This document shows, in pieces, positions 11,901-24,327 of a stretch of DNA of 64,000 bases; within the stretch, counting starts at the first letter, position 1, and every line of letters begins with the position of its first letter. A program made the position numbers and the translations under genes. Below the pieces are notes generated by a model. The model was not told where the DNA came from. It searched no databases and saw nothing but the letters and a program-made list of their open reading frames with translations. The DNA is from Octopus sinensis (Eukaryota). The stretch is from assembly GCF_006345805.1 (NCBI RefSeq), contig NC_043004.1, positions 5,456,001 to 5,520,000 on the forward strand. Direction: 5' to 3'.

Positions 11901-13147
11901 GTGAAATTGAGTTTTAGAAGTGCTGCACATGTAACATTAATTCATAGAAGTGCACCCACATGTAACATTAATTCATACACCCTATTCCATTTCTTCATGC
12001 ACTTTGCTTATCTCCCCCTCCCCACTCTTGCAGCCCAGCACAACTGTCATCTCTCTCTCTCTCTCTCTCTCTCTCATCTTCCCTTGCCATCTGTATCATT
12101 GCTATTCTGTTCCCACCCCTATTCCCATGTTTCACCACTCACTGCAATCCCCCTTCCCTATCCTCCTTTAGCACCTTCATGAACTCGTTACTCATGCACC
12201 CTGGGCAATTTTCTACCATTCCATTTATATTCACTTCCTTGTATCTCGAGAGTTTTCCCTGGTACATCACCATCATCTTTCTTGCTCTCTCTCCAACTGG
12301 GGTAGCCATGTATCTCCTCTATAGCAAGACACCTGTTTCTGTCCCTCTGTCATAGTTTAACCTCTCATCACTTTGGCACAAACCCACCTCCTTCAATCCC
12401 ACTCCTCCTTTCTCAGTGGAGTGTTCTTTGTCTTGCAAGTAATTTGGCGACCTCAGTGGTGCTGGTGCCACATGAAAAGCACTCATTCCACTCTGTTAAG
12501 TGGTTGGCATTAGGAAGGACAGCCAACTGTAAAAACCATGCCAAAGCAGACCTCACTAATGCTGGTGCCACATAAAATGCACACAGTCCACTCTGTGAAG
12601 GGGTTGATGTTAGGACGTGCATCCAGATGTAAAACCCATTCCAAAACAGACATTGAGATCTTGATGCAGTCCCCTGACTTGCCAGCTCCTGTCAAACAAT
12701 CCAGCCCAATACAGTATGGAAGACAGACATTAAACAATGACAATTGATGATATATATATATATTGGCTAATAAAACGAATGGTTTACACCTAGTAGCTTA
12801 ATGGTAAAGCTCAGTCACTTTCAGTGATCATTATGTATATGGTAAATGAAAGAGGGAAGATGAAATATGAGAATTCATTAATCTCGACAATTGTTTCGAC
12901 ACATCTAGCATCGATCCCTCATGGGTGGGACACTCAACATCTGGTTCAGGAGCATCTGGCGGTGCAGATGTATCTCATTGGGTGGTTAATAGATACAACT
13001 TGTTAAAATAACAGTTCTGCAATTTAACTTCTCATTTTGTAGAGAGAAAAGCAACCAGACAGAGGAAATATCTTCATTTACAGCTGTTTTGCGTGTTTTG
13101 AAACAATTGTCACGATTAATAAATTCTCATATATTCCATCTTTCATT

Positions 13148-13183
<36 letters not shown>

Positions 13184-13185
13184 AT

Positions 13186-14650
13186 CTCGTCATCCCATAA
13201 ATAATGCAGTTTTTCAGTTGCATGAACTAAAAGTCAGAGAGGGATGGGATAAAATACCTGCATCAACTTGCTATAAAAGCAGGTAGTAATTTTACTAGTG
13301 CAAGTTTTGAAAAGTGCAGTTCGAATTTAACAGTTATTTTTTCAAAGCCCAAATGGAAGTGACAAAGGAGCATATTTTGCTTTGTGAGTTCAAAAAAGGC
13401 AACAACACAGTGGAAAGTGTGGGGAATATTAATGCAGTATATGGGGATCGGACAGTAAGCATAATCCAGTGTCAACGGTGGTTCCAGAAATTCTAAGCTG
13501 GAAACTACAGCCTAGAAGACAAGCCACATCCTGGAAGATCTGTAGAGCTCAATGAGGATGTCCTGCAAACCCTGGTGGAACAAAATACCATTGTAACTGT
13601 TGCAGAACTAGCAGAGAAGTTTGGATTTGGTCATTCAACCATTCATTGACACTTGCGTTCAATCAGCAAAGACAGCAAATTGGGTCAATGGGTTCCTCAC
13701 AAACTTTCAGAGTCTAATCATGTGCAGAGAGTGAACGTGTGCTCTTCTTTGCTGTCATGTCTCACAAATGAACCCTTTTTGGACCAAATAGTGACTGGTG
13801 ATGAGAAATGGGTTCTCTATTAAAATGTGAAGCACTGAAGACTGGGCAGGGAAAAGAGAAACACAGGCACCCCAGGCTAAACAAGGTCTTCCACCACGTA
13901 AGGTGTTGTTATCTGTTTGATGAGATATGAAAGATTTAGTCCACTTTGAACTTTTAAACCCAAACCAAACGATAACAAAGGAGATCTGCTATGAGCTGCT
14001 TGAGCAGCTTAAGTCAGTGCTAGAAGAAAAACGACTATCTTTGGTTTCAAGACAAAAGGTGTTCTTCCATCAGGATAATGGTTGGCCACATGCAGTGAGG
14101 ATGACATTCCAAGGCCTGGAGCAGTTTGAATGGGAAATGATGCCCCACCCACCATATTCGCAAGACATTACTCCATCTGATTATCATTTATTCTGCAATC
14201 TTCAAAATTATTTGGGCGGTAAATATATGAATTCTGTAGATGAGGTCAGAACAGTACTGGAGGAGTATTTTTCATCACAGACAAGTGAATTTAGGAAGAG
14301 AGGCCTTGCAAGTCTACCAGATAGATGGAAGAGTATTGTAGAAAATGAAGGAGAGTATATTTTAGATTAAAAAAGAACTTTGTCATATTTCATTTTTGGA
14401 TTTGGTTTGCAAGATTCTTTATGTGAATTCATGTGTTGAAGCATATTCTGTTGTGTCTGGGGAGAGTCATTTTCTTTTTGTGCCTTATAAGTTAACACAC
14501 TCACCGGTAAAATTTCCACTTATTTCTTATTTTTATTTTCCTAAAAATTTTCATTGCGTCTTGCAACCTTTTCGATAGTCTTGACTCATTTTATTGTTTA
14601 TCGTAATTTTGAAAAAGTATAAAAAAACTGCGTTATTTATGGAATGACCC

Positions 14651-14652
<2 letters not shown>
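13186..14652 (+). mobile_element. Full-length defective mariner (DD34D) transposon
   Basis: TIRs gtcatcccataaataatgcagttttt / aaaaactgcgttatttatggaatgacc; transposase 13353-14370 with WVPHKL, TGDEKW, HQDN and YSQDITPSD motifs, broken by several stops. Confidence 0.93.
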
Positions 14653-14689
<37 letters not shown>

Positions 14690-14690
<1 letters not shown>

Positions 14691-15110
14691 AGAGGAAAAG
14701 TGATAATAAGGCAGAATGCTAAATTGAAAGTAAATTTTAATAAAAATGGGTTTATGAAAAATAAAAAAATAAATCAAACCGGTTTTCAAACAAAGGTAAA
14801 TTTTCAAGATTTGGAAGGGGAAAAAAGAAATTTACAATGTTTTTTCAAAAAAATAATAATACATATATACAGAAATTAATAAATATGTATACCAATACAT
14901 TGTAGAGTCAAACAGGATGCTTATATCAATTTTTTGTCAGATAGGATACTAGAAAAAGGAGTATGGTCACCATGGAGTTTGCATATTAAGACACGTTTGG
15001 AATATTTCATTAAAAAGATTCTCCTTGTTGATTCTTTCTTGTGTAGAGATTCTGTGTTTACATTGGTAGAAAGGGAATATGTGAAATTTGGGATTTTTAT
15101 CTTTAGAACA
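14690..15110 (-). mobile_element. Penelope-like 3' remnant (GIY-YIG C-terminus plus pLTR-like sequence), partly low quality
   Basis: Minus strand translates KDKNPKFHIFPFYQCKHRISTQERINKENLFNEIFQTCLN, similar to the PLE end F.I.PFY....R..KE..FI..F.P.LN. Confidence 0.55.
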
Positions 15111-15742
15111 CGACTATATATATAAATATATATATATATATTAAATTAGAGATAAAACCACTATTATACAAATCAAACAGTGAAAAACAAACCAAAACAT
15201 AGAAATAAAATTAATTAATATAATATACAAAATATATAAAATATAAAATTCAAAATTTAAATTATTTAAATTAAAAGTTAAAAATTAAAAAAAAAATTTT
15301 TAATTATTAATTTATACTTATAAATTTATATATATATATATTTTTTATTATTTTTTATTTTTATTTTTATTTTTTATTTATATATATATATACATCAGAA
15401 ATGTAACCACACATAGATTGTTGGTGATTTTTCCTAACTTTTCCTTCTTTCACTTTGGATTTTTCTCTTTCTGACAAAAAAGCTATACTCGAAATGTTAA
15501 AAACTCTCTCCTTTAACTGAGCATCAAATTAATATATTTCTTGTGCACATCCTCATGTTCTTCTTTTCTTTTTTTCTCTGTTTTTTAATTGTTTGTTCTT
15601 TCAATTGAATATATATATATATGTGGCCTAGCCAGGTGGGGGAGCATCATTAGAAAGCTACAGCTATGTAAAGAGGTACATTGTGTGACAAGTAGTTTAC
15701 ACCAACAGCCAATAGTCTGGGCAACACACACACACACACATA

Positions 15743-16613
15743 CAGGGTGCAGTGAATAAACTGTCGTCTAAATTATGCAAAAATAAAAATATCTCATTTT
15801 AACACGTATATTTACCAAAATTACATAAAAATATCTTGAAATACTAAAGAGTAAATTTATTTAATAAAATCGCCATTGGCTTCAACCACAGTCTTCAGAC
15901 GACTTTAGAATCTCTTGCAACTCTTCTGAACAGTCTCCTTGTTTAAGTTGGTCAATGCTGCCATAATCCTTGCCTTCAGTTTATCTTTAGTGTTACAAGG
16001 AGTTTTGTTGGTCTCTCACTCAACTGCACCTCACACAATATAATCAAGGGGGTTGTAGTCTAGGGAGTTAGGTGGCCAGATGTTAGGGCTGATGTGGTTG
16101 CCGAAATTTTCTGATAGCAATGACTGGGTTCACCTGCTTATGTGGCATGGTGCAGAGACCTGTTGCCAGACATAGGGTCTTCCAGCATCCACCTTCTTGA
16201 CCCAGGGCAGCACTACTTCCTCCAGGCACTTGATGTAGGCCTCTGTGTTGAGTGTGAGGCCATGTAGGAAGATGAATGGAGGTATAACATCACCATCATT
16301 AGTGATCACTCCAAACACCATGATGTTGACTGGATGTTTGATTCTTATCACTCTTGGTACATGTTTTGGGGACAATTTGTCCTCAGATTGACACCCAAAC
16401 ACTCTGAAATGTTAGTATTGGAGCTTCCGGCATGAATGTCAAGGAGTACAGCATGTCGTTTCCAAATTTTTGGCGGAGTGAATTGCATCATGGTGCTGTT
16501 TTTCTTACAGACAGTGCCCAACTGACTCTTCTATACTGTTGTTGACAATATCAAAACCAAACAATGCACATGTGTAAAATTAAAAATATAAAATGGTGAC
16601 AATTTACACTGTG
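15743..16613 (-). mobile_element. Internally deleted maT (DD37D) Tc1/mariner transposon
   Basis: Left TIR cagggtgcagtgaataaactgtcg after TA; the right end is partial. Transposase reads KHPVNIMVFGVIT...WQQ(D>V)SAPCH...WPPNS.DYNPLDY with 37 residues between the last two catalytic positions. Confidence 0.85.
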
Positions 16614-16631
16614 TATGTGTGTGTATGTATG

Positions 16632-16692
<61 letters not shown>

Positions 16693-16740
16693 ATATATAT
16701 TATATATAATATTATATATATGTGTATATATATGTACATA

Positions 16741-16775
<35 letters not shown>

Positions 16776-17709
16776 TTTACTTGTTTCATTCATGAGACTG
16801 TGGCACTGCTGGGGCACTGCCTTGAAAAATTATTAGTCAAAAAATGACCCCAGCACTTATTTAGTTTTGAGGCTTAGTGCTTGTTCTATCAGTCGCTTTT
16901 GCCAAACCACTCAGTTACAAGAAGGTAAACACACCAACTGGTTGTCAACCGGTGTTGAGGGACAAACACAAATGCATACAGCTTCCGTCTACCAAATCTA
17001 CTCACAGGACTCTGGTCGGCCCAAGGCTATAATAATGTACTACGCTGTGAGACTGAACCTGGAACCATGTGTTGTGAAGTAAGGTTCTTACCACACCATC
17101 ATGCCTACACCTACACACACACACACCACACACACAAATGTCCTCATATAACTGAAAACCCTGTCCTGACATCATTCAACAACCTTAGGTTTACTGTCTG
17201 TCCTTGAATCTCTGCAAAGACTTCTTCAAGCAGTTATCCAATTATATATCTAGACACTGTGCCTTGGCATTCTTCCATCTAAATTACTCCCAAAACACAA
17301 TTGTTAGGTAATTCTACTGTCATTCATCTTGATTATATGACCATTCAACCATTAAATGAACCTTCAACGTTGGTAACTCAATGCCCGTCTTTCTCACAGG
17401 CTTATTGTTTCAAAACGAAGATGTGGTTCCATCATTTGATATAATATCATGGTTATGAAATACTGGTTGAAATATTTCCATGCTCTTTAGAATATGCATG
17501 TGTGTGTGTGTGAGGGGTGGGGTGTGTTCATGTGTGTGTGTGTATGCATAAGTATGTGCATATTATGTATATGCATGTACATATATACATATATGTATGC
17601 ATACATACACATGTATATATATATATGTATATGCATATGTATGTATATATCTATATGTATCTATATTTATATTTATATCTTTATATGTACATATGTGTGT
17701 ATATGTCTT

Positions 17710-17751
<42 letters not shown>

Positions 17752-18030
17752 ACACATACCTGTACATATACATATTTGTTGGTCTGATGCCAATTTAACA
17801 TCATTGCATGTGTATGCACATGCACACCTATGTATGCATGGATGCATGCATGAATCTCTCTGTGTATGTATATGTAAATGCATGTGTATGTACACACACA
17901 CATATATAATAATAATAATGATAATAATGATAATAATAATAAAAAGTGATAACAAAAGAACGAGACCTCGATATTAGGTAAATAGAGGATATTTATATAT
18001 GTATAGTTTAGGTCAATCAGTAAGTTGTCA

Positions 18031-18093
18031 TAATAGTACTCAGAGTTTCAAATGCTGGAGCTAAGAGCTACGATGCATTCTCATCAGCTATTA
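18031..18093 (-). ncRNA. Type I hammerhead ribozyme, near-intact
   Basis: rc: TAATAG CTGATGA GAATGC(atcgtagctcttagctcca)GCATTT GAA ACTC T GAGT A CTATTA; full conserved core, 6-bp stem I, GUA cleavage triplet; only deviation is G.U at 10.1-11.1. Confidence 0.8.
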
Positions 18094-18357
18094 ATGGCAA
18101 TAGACGCTATAAAAAGCTGTTGAATAAAAGGAAAGTTACACTAATATGTAGGAAAAATATAAAAGATAAAAAATATACACAACCATATTCTCACAATACA
18201 TAGACATAAAACCTCCTGTGTTTATAATGTCCACATACGTACACACTCACACAAACATGTATATGTACATGCCCATATACACATAAACATATATGTGCAT
18301 GATTTATTGAAACTGAGTACTATTATGACAACTTACTGTCTTAAACTATACATACAT

Positions 18358-18415
<58 letters not shown>

Positions 18416-19014
18416 TATATATATATGTATCTGTATGTGTGTGGGCATGCAGACATACATATGTACATACATACATGCACACGTTAACTAATATGCACAT
18501 ATATATTTGGACACATTCACATCCATGTATATGTTTGTACAGTAGATCGTAGCAATTAATGCTTAACACCAGTTTCACAGTATAAGATAAATGTGAAATC
18601 CATCCTCTCTGCATAGAAAACAGTCAAAGTAAATGGAACCAATGAAAGGGAGAAACCCAAAGAGTCGTAGGATGGAACGGTGAAAACTGAACTCATGATT
18701 CTAAGTTTCACGGAAGAAATGACAAAGGACCAAGATGATTGGTGACATGCAGGGCTCAGGGCTTATCCCCCTGTGCAAGCATCAACCTTTCAACTATTGC
18801 TTCCTGTTGTGGCGAGTGTCACGACGTCCCCTGCAAAAATAGACTTAACCAAACAACTATAAATTGGTAGTGATCTGAATTAATCACACCAAGGTGGAAT
18901 CGCAGCAAGTCATAAGGTGTCATTTTGGTAGTTGTCAGAATATTGTTTGCTAGTTCATGTATACTTCATGGAGAGTTTGTTGGATTGTTACGTTGTTGTT
19001 ACCCTGCTTTGTTA

Positions 19015-19585
19015 TATTGGATTGTCTGAAAAGTTTGTACCGATTTATAGTAGCTTACCTTTCGACTTATCTTAGAACATGGTTAAGTCCATAAAATAGG
19101 ATTTGACTACACTTCCATTTAGAGCACAGTTTAAGCTATCTTTTCGTGGAAGAAGGTTTATGTTCCTATAACCTGTGTTAATTTTCTAACCCTTTAAAAT
19201 GAAAGATAAGAATGTTCATTTTCGGCACTTGATGCTTTGGAAACCAGACAAAAATTGCTTCAGCTCGGCTAGGATGTGTTACCCCACCCTCCATATTCAT
19301 CAGATATTGCTCCTTCAGATTTTCACTTATTCAGGTCTCTGCAGAATAGTTTTAATGGTAAAAATTTCAATTCCTTGGATGACATAAAAAAGATACCTTG
19401 ATGAATTCTGTGCCACAAAACCACCTCAATTCTAGGAAGAGAGTATTTTCAAGTTAAAGGAAAGATGGAGATGCATTGTGTAACAAAATGGTTCATATTT
19501 GGTTGATTAAAAATGTAATGGCAAGTATTTATTGACCTTTTTCTTTCCTTTAAAAATCGGCACGAACTTTCTAGACAACCCAATA
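19015..19585 (+). mobile_element. Internally deleted non-autonomous mariner (571 bp)
   Basis: TIRs tattggattgtctgaaaagtttgtaccgattt / aaatcggcacgaactttctagacaacccaata, each flanked by TA; contains MKDKNVHFRHLML fused to HPPYSSDIAPSDFHLF. A 3' end copy is at ~62040-62137. Confidence 0.9.
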
Positions 19586-20300
19586 TATTTTATTACTACA
19601 TGATAAAAGTGTAAATAAGTATCATCATAAATAGTGGCAATACTACAATGATTGGTGACTAGTAACTATGTTACAATACTTCCATAGTTAAATATATAAG
19701 AAAAACAGAGGTATCCTGGCTCTGACTTTTGCAAATCCTGCCAGGCCAATGTCAAATCTGAATGTAGGCCTGTAGGGAAAATTTGATAGGGACAGAACCA
19801 AGATTCTACTTGGAATCTTTCTGAATATTGATTTGAAATTTTGGCACAAAGCCAACAATTCCAGGGGAAGGAGAAGTCGATTATATTGACTTCAGCGCTC
19901 AACTGGTACTTATTTTAATCAACCCTGAAAAGATGAAACACAAAGTCAACCTCGGCAAAATTTGACCTCAGACCATAAAGACGGATGAAATGTCACCAAG
20001 CATTTTGTCCGGTGTGCTAACGATTCTGCCACTTTGCTGCCTTAACCTTTCTGAATGTTACAAGTATTTTCTGGGCTTCATATAACTTTTACATTCATTT
20101 TTACAAACCTATTTGATAGTTTACTTTATTTTGGGGGCAGCTGCTGTTATAGCAAGATGCCCTTCCAATACCTGACCATTTCAACTGTGAAATGGAACCT
20201 GTTTAAAGTTAGCGAGAAAGTCTGGAGGAAACTGAATTATGTATGGAGCTTCTATATGGATGCTCAATCTGCTAGAAATAACTGCCAAATCTCTCTCAAA

Positions 20301-20338
<38 letters not shown>

Positions 20339-21362
20339 CTTAGCAAAAGGGAACATTTAATAATATTCTCCTGGGTCCCATGTATAAAGGAAAAAAAAAT
20401 GGGATGGTCATGATTGGAATATCCTTGGTCATAAGGTCTGCTTAATGAGAGCTGACTTGAGACTAAGCAATCTTTTATCTTTTACTTGTTTAAGTCATTA
20501 CACTGTGGCCATGCTGGGGCACCTCTTTGAAGAAGCGACTCCAGGATTTCTTATTTTTTTTAAAGCCTTGTACTTATTCTAACAGTCTCTTTTGCCAAAC
20601 AGGGACTAAAACACACCAACACTGGTTGTCAAGTGGTGGCGGAAGGGGGGGAAAACACATACACATAAGATGGGCTTCTTTTAGTTTCTATCTATCAAAT
20701 CCACTCACAAGGCTTTGGTTGGCAGAACTGTTAGCATGCTAGAAAAAATGCTTTATTAGCAACATTTCAATCATCTTTATATTCTAAGTTCAAATTCCAC
20801 CAAGGTCAACTTCATTTTTCATCCTTTATGAGTTGATAAAATATGTACTGATCAAGTCCAGGGTGTCAATGAAATTCACTAGCGCCCCCTTCCTCCAAAA
20901 TTTCAGGCCTTGTCCTGTGGAAGAAAGGATTATTATTATTATTATTATTTTATCGTCTTTGCACAGCTTCTAATGCTGGAGATGTACTATGGTGTCAGCT
21001 GTTCACTACCAGTGAACTAAGGTAACACCCCTTATTTTTCGTGCACCATCCAGAGTATTCAAGTGGTTCCCAAGCATTGCTATTTTTGCAAGTGCTTCAC
21101 CTCCAGATCATCATCATCATCCCCCCCCCCCCATTAGTAAGGCATTGAGCTGGCAGAATCATTAGCATGCTGGGTGAATGCTTAGCAGTATTTCATCTGC
21201 GGCTACATACGGAGTTCAAATTCCACCAAAGGTCAGCTTTGCCCTTCATCCTTTCAGGGGCAATTAAATAAGTACCAGTTATGCACTGGAGTCTATGTAA
21301 TCAACTTAATCCTCTCCCCCAAGCTGCCCTTGTGGCAAAATTTGAAATCATCATCATCATCA

Positions 21363-21455
<93 letters not shown>

Positions 21456-22158
21456 AGGCAGTGAGCTTGCAGAATCATTAGCACATCAGGCAAAATGCTT
21501 AGTGGTATTTTGTCTGCGGCTACGTTCTGAGTTCAAATTCCGCTGAGGTCGACTTTGCCTTTCACCCTTTTGGAGTTGATAAATTAAGTACCAGTTGAGT
21601 AATGAGGTCAATGTAATCGGCTATCCCTCTCACCCAAAATTTCAGGCCTTGTGCCTATGGCAGAAAGGATTATCATTATTATTATTATTATGATTATTGT
21701 TATTATCATTACTATTATTGATTTTTTGCTGTTGTGAAATGAAGATGATGGTTGTGGTGTTGGTGGTGGTGGTGGTGACAGTAAAAGATGATAATGACTA
21801 TGCTGATCATAACAATATAGTAGTAGTAATAATAATAGTGGTAGTAATGGTGGTGGTGGTGGTGGTGGTGGCTGAGGTGGTGGCAGCAGCACCGGCAGTG
21901 GTGGAAGGAGGAGGAACAACAGTGGTAGCAGTGGCAGCAGCAGTAATCTCAACAATTCCCATTTGGGAAAGTGAAGTATTTTGGTTTCCTATACATACAT
22001 AAGTTGTCTTACTTCTCGACCAATTGGCTCTGACAACACTTTGGTAATCAATCTAATCTGTGAGTTCTTTCACTTCTGTTTTCACCTCTCATTCTTCACC
22101 TAATAAATCACCAACTTTTGCTACATTTGACTCTCTTAATAGAAGCATTAATAGTTGC

Positions 22159-22201
<43 letters not shown>

Positions 22202-22401
22202 CACACACACACACACACACGTGCGCATACACACACACAGAGTCACACACACATGCAAACATACACATACGTAATACAAATACTCGCATACTCACAAACA
22301 TGCACACATATATATGTATATTGTTATGTATATATCTGTGTGTGCAAACACACACACACACACACACACGCACACACACACACACTCACACACATATACA
22401 T

Positions 22402-22653
22402 AGGTGCAAGCGTGGCTATGTGTTAACAAGCTTGCTTCCCAACCACATGGTTCCATATCTAGTCCCACCTTTGGCAAGTGTCTTATACTATAGCCTTGTG
22501 TTGGGCCGACCAAAGCCTTGTGAGTGGATCTGGTAGACAGAAACTGAAAGAAACCGTCGTATATGTGTATATATATATATACACACACACTCACACACAC
22601 ATATATATATATACACACACGCACACATACACAACACCACATATATATGTTTG

Positions 22654-22686
<33 letters not shown>

Positions 22687-23005
22687 TAATATTATTAGTG
22701 AATTGAAGAAATGGAGTTGAACGAAGATTGAACAGAAATCCTTTTATTGCATTCTACACGTGTTTCGAAACACGTGTAGAATGCAATAAAAGGATTTCTG
22801 TTCAATCTTCGTTCAACTCCATTTCTTCAATTCACTAATAATATTAAAATTCAATTATCCGCACCAACGCATGGTTGCAACACCATATGGTGGTACCTCC
22901 AACCGTGCTTTCTTCTGCTGTGATTTTTGCTACCAAGGTATCGGTTAAACTTTTGATTAATCTGCACAAGATTATTCATCTTTCTATTTCACCAAACATA
23001 TATAT

Positions 23006-23040
<35 letters not shown>

Positions 23041-23277
23041 ATGTATATGTATATATTTGTGTGTGTCTGAGTTTGTCCCCCCACCATCACTTGACAACTG
23101 ATGTTGGTGCATTTCTGTCCCCATAACCTAGTGCTTCAGCAAAAGAGACTGGTAGAATAGGTACTAGGCTTACAAAGAATAAGTCCTGGGGTTAACTTGT
23201 TCAAGTAAAACCCCTTAAGATGGTGCTCGAGCATGGCCACAGTCAAATGACTGAAACAAATAAAAGAATAAAAGAAT
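22402..23277 (+). mobile_element. SINE family B split in its central microsatellite by a fold-back element
   Basis: Head 22402-22560, tail 23060-23277, insert 22687-22997 between TA/CA tracts. Confidence 0.85.
22687..22846. repeat. Perfect 160-bp palindrome (80-bp arms, no spacer)
   Basis: Arms checked base by base; centre tttc|gaaa at 22766/22767. Confidence 0.97.
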
Positions 23278-23352
23278 ATATATGTGTGTGTATATTATAT
23301 ATACACACACACACACACACACACATATTATTCTTATGTGAGAATGTTGTTA

Positions 23353-23439
23353 ACAGTGACTTCAAAGTTTCAGCCAATTAAGCCATCATCGGACTGCAGT
23401 CCAATGATAACATAACTGTCTGAAACTTCAAAATCACTG
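23353..23439. ncRNA. Head-to-head pair of type I hammerhead motifs (minus copy 23353-23397 near-intact; plus copy 23397-23439 decayed)
   Basis: Minus: GCAGT CCGATGA T GGCT(taatt)GGCT GAA ACTT TG AAGT C ACTGT. Plus: CAGT CCAATGA TAACATAACTGTCT GAAACTTCAAAATC ACTG. Confidence 0.7.
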
Positions 23440-23762
23440 GATGTCCCCCTAGTATGAGCAAGTCTTTAAGGATCCTTGTGTGTTCGGTAATGGATAACTT
23501 GCACTGTTTTGTCCTGTTGATACCTGGTACATAGCCATTCCTCTCTCTCTCAGCTGAGATGTCCTTGTGTTGCTAGCAACTCAGTGACCTTGCAGGTGCT
23601 GGTGCCACATAAAGAGCACCCAGTACATTCTGTAAAGTGGCTGGCATTAGGAAAGACATCCAGCCATAGAAACTGCCAAAACAGACAACTGGAGCCTGGT
23701 GCAACCCTTTGGCTTGCTAGCTCTTGCCAAACTGTCCAACCCATACCAACATGGAAAACAGA

Positions 23763-24327
23763 CATTAAATGATGATGATGATGATGAGTACCATCATGCA
23801 TAACTTCAATTACAAACCATTCATCTACATCTAGTTCTTAAGACCCAACAGAGTACAGGTACAATCAACAGTATCAGATCCCTTATCCAAATAACAACTA
23901 TAAAATAAAATGGTTGTTGATAGTTAAGAACTTTTTTGAAGTTGCCTCATTAAAAATATAGTCTATACCATTGCACAAACAAAACTCCATTTTATTCAAG
24001 TTAAAACTCTCTCAGCTATTTTAAGACTTGGTCCATTAACTCCATTAAATGATGATGATGATGATGAGTACCATCATGCATAACTTCAATTACAAACCAT
24101 TCATCTACATCTAGTTCTTAAGACCCAACCAGAGTACAGGGTACAATCAACAGTATCAGATCCCTTATCCAAATTAATAACTATAAAATAAAATGGTTTG
24201 TTGATAGTTAAGAACTTTTTTTGAAGTTGCCTCATTAAAAATATAGTCTATACCATTGCACAAACAAAACTCCATTTTATTCAAGTTAAAACTCTCTCAG
24301 CTACTTTTAAGACTTGGTCCATTACTC
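23763..24327 (+). repeat. Tandem duplication of ~280 bp
   Basis: 23763-24042 is repeated at 24043-24327; differences are mostly 1-bp insertions in the second copy. Confidence 0.95.

Noticed and set aside
13927-14370. 147-aa ORF as a domesticated SETMAR-like gene
   Set aside because: It is the stop-free tail of a mariner that has TIRs and multiple upstream stops
20967-21021. Exon-like segment with good splice sites
   Set aside because: Lies within repeat-like sequence between SINE copies; no recognisable protein
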